A DNA stretch of 32,000 bases from Sedimentisphaera cyanobacteriorum (GTDB lineage: Bacteria > Planctomycetota > Phycisphaerae > Sedimentisphaerales > Sedimentisphaeraceae): assembly GCF_001997385.1 (NCBI RefSeq), contig NZ_CP019633.1, forward strand, positions 900,001-932,000, in the 5' to 3' direction. Position 1 is the stretch's first letter. Each line of letters opens with the position of its first letter. The position numbers were made by a program, and so were the translations under genes. Shown here piece after piece: positions 1 through 7,452 of this stretch. The notes beneath the pieces were generated by a model. It worked only from the letters and a program-made list of their open reading frames with translations. It had not been told where the DNA came from and ran no database searches.

Positions 1-1
1 C

Positions 2-184
2 GCAAAGCCTTTCCCGCGTCTTCTTGCCGGAATGCAAACGCTCAAGGATAAGATAGAATCCCAGAGACTTCAGCTATACCAGCAGGCCTCTGAATATGCC
101 GCTGTTGAGGTAAACGAACATTTTTGGAATAATATAGACGAACCCTTCAAAAATTCAGCGGCAGAATCAACTCCCGAAACTTAA
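2..184 (+). CDS. C-terminal fragment of an unidentified protein (5' end outside the window)
   Basis: Frame 2 is open from the window edge to TAA at 182-184 (...QTLKDKIESQRLQLYQQASEYAAVEVNEHFWNNIDEPFKNSAAESTPET*). No family recognised. Converges on the next gene with an 11-nt gap. Confidence 0.3.
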   Translation, partial: AKPFPRLLAGMQTLKDKIESQRLQLYQQASEYAAVEVNEHFWNNIDEPFKNSAAESTPET

Positions 185-195
185 AAGTGTCAAAC

Positions 196-1206
196 TTATA
201 AACGCGTATTTTTATTGAGTATGCGTTTTCTCTGTCTGCTGAAAAAAGGAACAGTAACTCTGATTCCAAGCTTGTGCGTAAAAACATCTTCCCAATGAGA
301 GGCATAATCATAGCCTGTCCCTGCCTGATCGCATTTTTCCTGAATAAAATTAATAAGTTTTTCACGATGAGCGTTCATTTTCTCTATAGTCTTCTCCCGA
401 ATATGATGGGGGCTGAGATCTCGGCGGACAATTTCCTGAACCCCTTGAGCCACAGCATCTTCATCATCTTCCACATTCACCACATACTCATCACTGAACA
501 GTTCATCTCTTCCTCCAATATTGGCTGTATTAACAATCCCCAGCCCGCACAGCAGATACTCAGCACTAACAAACATCGCACCTTCTTCTTTTGAAAGGCA
601 AAGCCCGCAGCGTGCCTCGTTCATAACCTTGTATATTTTGCTGGACGGGACAGACTCTTTGTACTCGGCCTGCGGAAGCATTGCACGTATTTTGCTGTAA
701 TGCTCAATTTCTCTCTCCGAATATCCGCCCACAATCTTGAGGCTGTCAATTTTTCGCGCAAGTTCATGCCTTTTGAAGGGAGTTATCCTTGCTACGTATA
801 TCGCATCAAAGCTCTTTTTAATATCAGGAACAACTTTATATTTGCTTGTATCTATAAAGGCATTCTGATGGCAGAAGAAGCTTTTAAGCCCGGCATTCTG
901 AATCTTCCTGTTCTCATCGGCGCTGTTTGCCATACACACATATTCAACAGCATCATTTTCAGCCTGAAAGCTCCGGATATCCTTCACCAAATCATCTATG
1001 CGCTGCTGAGTCTGCCTGTGCCAGCCGAGCATAAAAAGCACATAAGACATCCTGTCCTTTGGAAGCGTTTTTATTATTTGGTCTTTCGCCTTAAAGAAAT
1101 CATATTCATAGCAGACTATTATCGGAGGAGAATAGTTGAGTATATAGCAGCGAAGATTTCCTCTGCTAATAATTGATTTAGCTAAATCTTTGAAGTAATC
1201 TATCAT
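196..1206 (-). CDS. Putative GT-B fold (GT4/GT1-like) glycosyltransferase
   Basis: 336-aa ORF. The C-terminal half has a Glycos_transf_1-like pattern: FDAIYVARITPFKRHELA, then CGLCLSKEEGAMFVSAEYLLCGLGIVNT (an EX7E-type motif). It is the last gene of a co-directional glycosylation cluster. Confidence 0.5.
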   Translation of the reverse strand: MIDYFKDLAKSIISRGNLRCYILNYSPPIIVCYEYDFFKAKDQIIKTLPKDRMSYVLFMLGWHRQTQQRIDDLVKDIRSFQAENDAVEYVCMANSADENRKIQNAGLKSFFCHQNAFIDTSKYKVVPDIKKSFDAIYVARITPFKRHELARKIDSLKIVGGYSEREIEHYSKIRAMLPQAEYKESVPSSKIYKVMNEARCGLCLSKEEGAMFVSAEYLLCGLGIVNTANIGGRDELFSDEYVVNVEDDEDAVAQGVQEIVRRDLSPHHIREKTIEKMNAHREKLINFIQEKCDQAGTGYDYASHWEDVFTHKLGIRVTVPFFSRQRKRILNKNTRL

Positions 1207-1267
1207 ACTTAAACCTTAAAGTTATTTCTTCTAACTTGCAAAACTGGCCAAAGACACTTATAAAGAT

Positions 1268-2962
1268 TCAGGAATCACTCAAGAATCCACCCTGCCTGCT
1301 TCTTATCCTAAACACAGCTGCAAGCATTTTCAAGGCATCTTTTACCGGGCTGATTTTCGACCCCTCCACTTCGTGCCAGTTTACCGGCACCTCAACAATC
1401 GAATGCCCCATGAGCTGTGCAAGATACAAAAGCTCAACATCAAAAGCCCAGCCGTTTTCAAGAGATCGCGTGAATATCTTATGGATTATATCCCTTCTGT
1501 ACATTTTGAAACCGCACTGCGTGTCTTTAATCCCGGGGACTGCAAGGAAATTCACCATCTTGTAAAAGGCAGCCCCCATAACAGACCTCAGTCCTTCCCT
1601 CTCCTGCTGAACATCTCCTGCAGAGATATTACGTGAGCCGATCACGATTTTATCGCTTTTTTCAATAAAAGGAATAAATTTATCCAGCTCACTTATGGGC
1701 GTTGCACCGTCTGCATCTGCGTAAAGTCCATATCGCCCGTTTGCTTCAAGCATTCCTCTTCTAACGGCTGCTCCCTTGCCCTGATTTCTCACTTGACGCA
1801 GAAGCCTTACATTCGGATTTTTACATTCAAATTCCTGCACCACTTTAACAGTATTATCGCTCGAGCCGTCGTCAACTATTAAAACCTCAATTGACAGCCG
1901 GCTTTGATTTGCTTTGATATAATTCAACACATCCTTCATAAAAGACGGGAGCCTTTGCTCCTCATTGTAGGCCGGTATTACAATGCTTACATCAGGTGCC
2001 CCGTCAACCTCTTCATAATCCGGCACATCTTCTTCGGGGTATCTGTGGAGAAACTCGATAATCCTCGGATTAAAGAAGTCGGAAATCTTAAACTTGTACC
2101 TTGTAATGTAAACCGCTGATAAAGCGAGCACGGGAACTATTCTGAAAAAATGGAAAAGAGCACAAAGCCAGAAAACCGCAGGCGATTCAAAAATCAGCAA
2201 AGGCAGTTCAGCAAGACCAACTGCAAAGGGAACTGGAGAAAATTCTATAACGGCAGTTAATATCAGATATGCCGCCCATGAATCTGCCGGCGATACAAAA
2301 TGATTAAACACTGAGGTTACAGCGATACCTTCAAGACCCCACACAAAAACACCAAACACAACAGAATTTAAATAGCTCAAAACGCCTATGTGTTTTCTCA
2401 AAACGGCAGTTAACAAAGCAGCGGCCGCTGAAACAGCAAAAAATACAGAAAAAACGGGACTGCTGTATAAAATTGAAACAAGCAGGCCGGCAAGTGAACA
2501 GATCAAATAAACCCCAAGCACCCTTGAATGAAGCCATAAGCTTATTTTCTCAGATTTAATTCGGGTTTCTCTTTCAAGGAACTCAGATTCAAAGGTCTTC
2601 TCCGGAAGCAGAGGGCTCATAAAATGCAGATACTGCATCACTACCTCAAACGACATAGACTGGTGCAAAGAAATCTCTTTGCCAAAAAAAAGCCTCCTTC
2701 GAAGACTCCTCAAAAACAGTCCCAAACACGCAGCTGCAAAAAGGAGAATGACAGCATTAACCGACAAATCCGTGATTTCAATCATACCGAAATGATAAAT
2801 AAGAACTGCGAAAATCCCAATACCCGTTATAAACAGAAGCCTGTAAATTCGGAAAAGATCAAATATTTCTGGCCGCTTTACTTCCATTGTTAATTTTCCC
2901 GTTAATCCTTTTTTTTGTAAACCCAAAATCTGTTCAGCAGGAAATTGAATACAGTACCGCAC
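1268..2962 (-). CDS. GT2 glycosyltransferase (ALG5/polyprenyl-phosphate beta-glucosyltransferase-like) with an N-terminal polytopic membrane domain
   Basis: The C-terminal half carries GT2 motifs VSIVIPAYNEE, LIVDDGSSDNT, YADADGATP (DxD), QCGFK and WAFDVELLYLA. The N-terminal ~300 aa are hydrophobic (~8 TM segments). The ORF-track start at 2962 overlaps the upstream gene by 61 nt. The ATG at 2887 (MEVKRPEIF...), 14 nt after the upstream TAA, is the more likely start. Confidence 0.8.
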   Translation of the reverse strand: MRYCIQFPAEQILGLQKKGLTGKLTMEVKRPEIFDLFRIYRLLFITGIGIFAVLIYHFGMIEITDLSVNAVILLFAAACLGLFLRSLRRRLFFGKEISLHQSMSFEVVMQYLHFMSPLLPEKTFESEFLERETRIKSEKISLWLHSRVLGVYLICSLAGLLVSILYSSPVFSVFFAVSAAAALLTAVLRKHIGVLSYLNSVVFGVFVWGLEGIAVTSVFNHFVSPADSWAAYLILTAVIEFSPVPFAVGLAELPLLIFESPAVFWLCALFHFFRIVPVLALSAVYITRYKFKISDFFNPRIIEFLHRYPEEDVPDYEEVDGAPDVSIVIPAYNEEQRLPSFMKDVLNYIKANQSRLSIEVLIVDDGSSDNTVKVVQEFECKNPNVRLLRQVRNQGKGAAVRRGMLEANGRYGLYADADGATPISELDKFIPFIEKSDKIVIGSRNISAGDVQQEREGLRSVMGAAFYKMVNFLAVPGIKDTQCGFKMYRRDIIHKIFTRSLENGWAFDVELLYLAQLMGHSIVEVPVNWHEVEGSKISPVKDALKMLAAVFRIRSRQGGFLSDS

Positions 2963-4113
2963 AATATACCTGCCGCTGCTGCGAGGGTGAGCTGTTCAGA
3001 CCAGAATTCAAAATTCCTGCTTAACGACATACTCACAGACCAGTTCACCACAGCCCCGATTGAGCAGCAGCAAACAAAGCCGAAGTACTGCTTAAGCCAG
3101 TGCCGATGTTTGCCGTAGCTGAATGTGAATCTTCTGTTCATTTCAAAATTCCAAGTCATTGCGATAATAATAGCAATTATTCTTGCGATTTCTATGGGCA
3201 TAAAACTCATAAAGATGTTATACGACGATAAATCAACAACTGCTCCGGTAGCCCCGACAATACAGAACTGGAAGAATTTTGCCAAATCACCGTATTTATA
3301 ATCGAACAGTCTTTTTATGTGCTGAATATATTTGAGCTGTTCCTGAAAACTGAGCTTACTGCTGCCGTATTTTCTGTCGGAAAAGAATATAGGAATTTCT
3401 TTGATATTTTTGCAGCCGCACTTGACGATAAGTTCAAGCCCAATTTTATAACCTACCGGGTTAAGGTAAGCGCTGTTGAGAAAAGTTTCTTTCTTCAAGG
3501 CAAAAAAGCCGGACATCGGATCTTTAGCATTAGAGAATGGAAGTGCCAGAGATTTAGAAATCTTACTGTTTAGATGTCTGAAAACACTCCAGCCTGCTTC
3601 AATTGACGCACCTTCTACGTACCTGCTGCCGATAGCAAAATCCGCTTCATCTTGTTTGATACAACTCACCAGCTCCGGTATAACATCTGCTGGATGGCTT
3701 AAATCTGCGTCCATACAGACCAGCACTGACCCCTTCGCCCTGTTAAACCCCTCTATAACTGCTAAGCTCAGGTCTCTGCTGCCTTTTCTGACAATCATAA
3801 ATGCAGGAAAGCCTCCCTGCTGTAATTTTTCCACTTCTTCAACAGAGCCATCCTGACTGTCGTCATCAACCAGAATTATCTCATGAGGGATTTGAGACTC
3901 AGTTAAAACTTTATGAATCTTCCTTACAATTAAAGGTACATTCTCTGCCTCTTTGAATGTAGGAACGACAACACTAACCAGCTCGCCATTGTCATTCTCT
4001 GATAAAAAATTTGTTTCGACAGCCGGCTGGTTGTTTGTCATCTCAAAATCCCTAAACAAAGTTTTTTTCCATTTGCAGTGCTCTGAGAATAGTCTCATCG
4101 AGCTCCCGCCCAC
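2902..4113 (-). CDS. GT2 polyprenyl-phosphate glycosyltransferase (GtrB/DPM1-like) fused to a C-terminal GtrA-like membrane domain
   Basis: The N-terminal part has GT2 motifs VSVVVPTFKEAEN, ILVDDDSQDGS, CMDADLSHP and MSGFFALKK. The last ~125 aa (FFQFCIVGATGAVVDLS... to the end, about nt 2905-3290) form four hydrophobic helices as in the GtrA family. The start is ambiguous: GTG at 4113, or ATG at 4098 or 4041. Confidence 0.8.
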   Translation of the reverse strand: MGGSSMRLFSEHCKWKKTLFRDFEMTNNQPAVETNFLSENDNGELVSVVVPTFKEAENVPLIVRKIHKVLTESQIPHEIILVDDDSQDGSVEEVEKLQQGGFPAFMIVRKGSRDLSLAVIEGFNRAKGSVLVCMDADLSHPADVIPELVSCIKQDEADFAIGSRYVEGASIEAGWSVFRHLNSKISKSLALPFSNAKDPMSGFFALKKETFLNSAYLNPVGYKIGLELIVKCGCKNIKEIPIFFSDRKYGSSKLSFQEQLKYIQHIKRLFDYKYGDLAKFFQFCIVGATGAVVDLSSYNIFMSFMPIEIARIIAIIIAMTWNFEMNRRFTFSYGKHRHWLKQYFGFVCCCSIGAVVNWSVSMSLSRNFEFWSEQLTLAAAAGILCGTVFNFLLNRFWVYKKKD

Positions 4114-4193
4114 ACTTCACTATATTACTGTTTTTAATCGCGTCAGCTCTGATATCAGAAACTATAATACTTCTAACAGCTTCGCTATAATTG

Positions 4194-5816
4194 CTATTCT
4201 ATTTCGCAGAATATATATGAATCATTTTCGAATAGAGTTTCAGAATTATCAAGAAAATTTTCATTAACCGAAATAAATCTTCCTTGCTCATTTTTATTTA
4301 CCAATATATGAGTAACTGCCCTTTGACGGGCGAAATCTTTCAATCCTTCACGCGCTTCTGAAAAGAGGATTTCAGTTTCCCTTCTCACAGCTTCGGGAGT
4401 TTGCTGGGTGCTCCCGGCCACTACAGGTGCCGAGCTGAATCTAAGAGCCCTGTTAGATTCTTTAATACCTGAAAGCAGAACATCATCTTCCGTGAGATTT
4501 TCTGAGATAAAGCTGTATGCCTCAAAAGCATCTTGCGTATAAAAGAATCTGGCGTCTTTGATGTAAACTTTGCCGAAATTTGCAGCCACCTGATATGCCG
4601 GCGTAAGAAAAGTAATACAAAGCAGCAGCCCGCAGAGCGGATATGTTAATTTTGGGGGCAGCTTTGTCTTAGCAAGTCTTTTGAGAAACAGCACAAAGAA
4701 AACGGCCAAAGGCACACAAATTCCAAGTATAAACCGCCTTGAAAAGTCAAACGGGGAATACATCAGAGCCGTTTGAAGCAGCAGCCATATTGATAAGAAT
4801 TTCAGTTCAATGCCCATTTGCTTGAATTTAGGCAATCTTACAATACACTCAATATAACCAAGCGAGAGCAATCCGAAACCAGCTAAAATTACAAGGAAAT
4901 TAGGGGGCAGATTAACATTCTTCTCTGCCCACAGGCTGAAACCTGAGTTCGTTTTGAGCACATAATACTGATATATGAGCGAGGCAAGAAACAAAACGCC
5001 GTAAGTAAAGTATCCCCAGAAAACACGCATCCGAAAACGCCATGCCTTGCAAATCCTAAACAAAAGAAACAATGAGAAGGATATAAAAGCTATCGGCACA
5101 AGATCGTAGGAGTGTGAAAGGCCAATCAGGAATACCGAAATTGCAGAAAGCAAAAAGGGTTTGAAAGACTCTCTTTTCTCGCCGAAATATATGCCGCCGT
5201 AAATCAGGACTATTAGCAGATAGCTCCAAATGAACAGAGGGGTATAGTTGATTGAGTTCCATATAGTCATCTCAGGCATCCACAGATCTCCCGGGAAGGA
5301 AGACATCGTCTCCCCTGAAACCTCCACCCCTGAGATAAAGCTGTATATCTTTCCAAACAGCCCGAAGCCCGAGCCTAACATAAGAGCAAGCAGGCCAGTC
5401 GTAAGCCAGCTGCCCGTTAAAACTTTCTTGAGCATTTCCCAAGCCGCAAATCCAAATAAAACAGCAAAAACATACTTGGAGACAAGATATACAAACCCCA
5501 GAGGCAAATAGAGCAGCCCTGAAACACCTCCCAAAAACAGAAAAAGTGTATGTATATACTCCCTCTCGTGCGGTATATCACAGCAAAGATTCAAGAACCT
5601 TATATGCCCTTCCTGGGCCTGCTTCATAAAGCTGTAATATATATTCTGATCGTGAGAGTTCATCAAATAGCCGGTGAAGAATGTGCTGCCGCTGAAAAGA
5701 TAGCCGGCGATATATGGAGCGAGAAGAACTAAAGGTATAAGCAGAATAATCAGCAGGCGCCCTTTATGACTGCTGTAAAACTCGGTGATTTTTGAAAATT
5801 TATCCATACTAACCAT
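4194..5816 (-). CDS. Polytopic membrane protein, GT-C-like (ArnT/PMT-type) glycosyltransferase candidate
   Basis: 540-aa ORF with a dozen or so hydrophobic segments and a ~130-aa soluble C-terminal domain. The first-loop acidic/aromatic motif NSHDQNIYYSFMKQAQEG is reminiscent of GT-C loop 1. It lies next to polyprenyl-P-sugar synthase-like genes. Family assignment is not verified. Confidence 0.45.
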   Translation of the reverse strand: MVSMDKFSKITEFYSSHKGRLLIILLIPLVLLAPYIAGYLFSGSTFFTGYLMNSHDQNIYYSFMKQAQEGHIRFLNLCCDIPHEREYIHTLFLFLGGVSGLLYLPLGFVYLVSKYVFAVLFGFAAWEMLKKVLTGSWLTTGLLALMLGSGFGLFGKIYSFISGVEVSGETMSSFPGDLWMPEMTIWNSINYTPLFIWSYLLIVLIYGGIYFGEKRESFKPFLLSAISVFLIGLSHSYDLVPIAFISFSLFLLFRICKAWRFRMRVFWGYFTYGVLFLASLIYQYYVLKTNSGFSLWAEKNVNLPPNFLVILAGFGLLSLGYIECIVRLPKFKQMGIELKFLSIWLLLQTALMYSPFDFSRRFILGICVPLAVFFVLFLKRLAKTKLPPKLTYPLCGLLLCITFLTPAYQVAANFGKVYIKDARFFYTQDAFEAYSFISENLTEDDVLLSGIKESNRALRFSSAPVVAGSTQQTPEAVRRETEILFSEAREGLKDFARQRAVTHILVNKNEQGRFISVNENFLDNSETLFENDSYIFCEIE

Positions 5817-5836
5817 TATAAGCCTCTTTACTAAAA

Positions 5837-7081
5837 TTACTCAACCGAATTCTGCGAATTTTTATCCCGCGCTACAAAAAGATAAAACGCCCATATACTG
5901 AGAAAAATGCATACTATAGGATATACAGGAAACATATGCTGGTATTGTTGAGCGCCATTAAAACTCGTCAAATATACAATAGAATTGCCCTTCACAAAAC
6001 TCCCGAGAAATTCCGCTGCCCTGTATATAATCGATTCAGGTACGATAAAGAATCCAACAAAGCCGGCAGTTACAGCAGCCTTAAAAAACTCTTGTTTCCT
6101 TAAATAAATGTTTATTAGATAAAGTGCAAACGGCAGAATAAAGACAAGGTCGTAAAGCCGATGATACGATATTAACATCGTCAGGCAGGCAGTTAAAAAA
6201 ATAAGATGCATACTTATATCTTTATCTTTCCGGCTTAAATACAAAGAGTAGATAAATATAGCCCCGCATAATGTCTTGGCGGAAATTTGAAGCCATTTAA
6301 CAGCTATAAAATCGAGCTGCAGCATATTGTAACCTCCACCTTCATAAGAATTAAACCCATATATGTTAACCCAATAAAAAATATTATCTACATAACTTGA
6401 ATAAAGCTCAATTAGGTTATGGCCGAAAACCATCGGAACAGCTCCGAAAACCAAAAACAGCACAAATGAGCAAATGCAGAGCTTGTGCCGTTTTTTCAGG
6501 AAAAGCACAGGCCCGAATAGAGGGAGCATGGAGTATTTCAGCACCGCAGCGGCAGCGAAAAAGATCACTTTTAAGTAGAATGGTCTTATCAAAAGAAGTG
6601 AAATCAAAAAGAATGAAACAAATATTGTGCTCTGTCCATGATTGATGCTTGCAAAATAAGGCGTGGAACTCATAAAAACAAATAAGCTGAGCAGAAAACC
6701 CGAATCTAAAAGACCTGTTTTGCCCTTATTCATCAAGCCCTTTTTTTTGAATAATAAATAAAAAAGTCCCACGGCTATTACTGCATTAAGCAGCAGAAAT
6801 ACATAACCTGCAGCATCAGAAGATAAAAAGGTGAAAGGATAAAAAAGCGCTGAATAGCCGGGGAAAACCATAGGAGGCTCTCCCCACTGATGGGATAAAT
6901 TTTCAAGTATATATGGGTTAAGCCCCGTTCTTACAGTCTTTGAAACATCATAATAAGCAAGAAAGTCAATAAAATTTCTGTCTTTGATTAAAACCTTAAC
7001 GAGCCTTGCAAGGGCAATAAAACCAAACAGACCAGTAGCGCAATAAACTAATTTTCGCGAATAAACAATCTTTTTCAACAT
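5837..7081 (-). CDS. Polytopic membrane protein, DUF2029/GT87-like GT-C glycosyltransferase candidate
   Basis: 414-aa ORF with ~10 hydrophobic segments. The N-terminal loop motif DFLAYYDVSKTVRTGLNPY resembles the D..Y...G..Y signature of PimE-type, polyprenyl-phosphate-sugar-dependent transferases. Confidence 0.5.
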   Translation of the reverse strand: MLKKIVYSRKLVYCATGLFGFIALARLVKVLIKDRNFIDFLAYYDVSKTVRTGLNPYILENLSHQWGEPPMVFPGYSALFYPFTFLSSDAAGYVFLLLNAVIAVGLFYLLFKKKGLMNKGKTGLLDSGFLLSLFVFMSSTPYFASINHGQSTIFVSFFLISLLLIRPFYLKVIFFAAAAVLKYSMLPLFGPVLFLKKRHKLCICSFVLFLVFGAVPMVFGHNLIELYSSYVDNIFYWVNIYGFNSYEGGGYNMLQLDFIAVKWLQISAKTLCGAIFIYSLYLSRKDKDISMHLIFLTACLTMLISYHRLYDLVFILPFALYLINIYLRKQEFFKAAVTAGFVGFFIVPESIIYRAAEFLGSFVKGNSIVYLTSFNGAQQYQHMFPVYPIVCIFLSIWAFYLFVARDKNSQNSVE

Positions 7082-7170
7082 ATATATCCCGACAAGACAC
7101 CTGTTTTTAATATTTACTGCATCTTTTCAGCCGAAAGCTAAAAAGAGGGTTCAGTACAACCTTAATACGA

Positions 7171-7452
7171 TTACAAACTAGGGAAAAACGGCTTAAGCAC
7201 CGTTTTATCAGCTAATGTCCCGTAAACCATGCCTCCCGGAGCAGGTTCTATAATCTCAAGAGCCGGCGTAACAAATATCCCTTTATCAAGCGCAGTTTGA
7301 GGCTCTTTCAAAACATCTACAATCTTAAGATCGTAATCGTATGAATTGCAGGTTCTGCATATCTGCTTGAGATTTTCGATTGCCATAGCTGAATTGAGTC
7401 CTTTTCCGGCAACATATAGCCTTAGAACCATTTTGGAATTTTCGCTGCTCAT
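7171..7452 (-). CDS. kaiB: KaiB circadian-clock-type protein
   Basis: MSSENSKMVLRLYVAGKGLNSAMAIENLKQIC...LKIVDVLKEPQTALDKGIFVTPAL matches the KaiB thioredoxin-like pattern (cf. LKLYVAGNTPNS...VIDVLKNPQLAE...ATPTL). The ATG at 7450-7452 overlaps the kaiC TGA (7449-7451) as ATGA. The longer ORF-track start at 7524 would overlap kaiC out of frame and is rejected. Confidence 0.85.
   Translation of the reverse strand: MSSENSKMVLRLYVAGKGLNSAMAIENLKQICRTCNSYDYDLKIVDVLKEPQTALDKGIFVTPALEIIEPAPGGMVYGTLADKTVLKPFFPSL

Noticed and set aside
7082-7170. Hairpin-like sequence CTTTTCAGC-CGAAA-GCTAAAAAG between kaiB and the first GT-C gene, considered as a terminator
   Set aside because: The stem has only 3 G/C-containing pairs plus a mismatch and A/U pairs. 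No U-tract follows on the transcribed (minus) strand, so it is not convincing.
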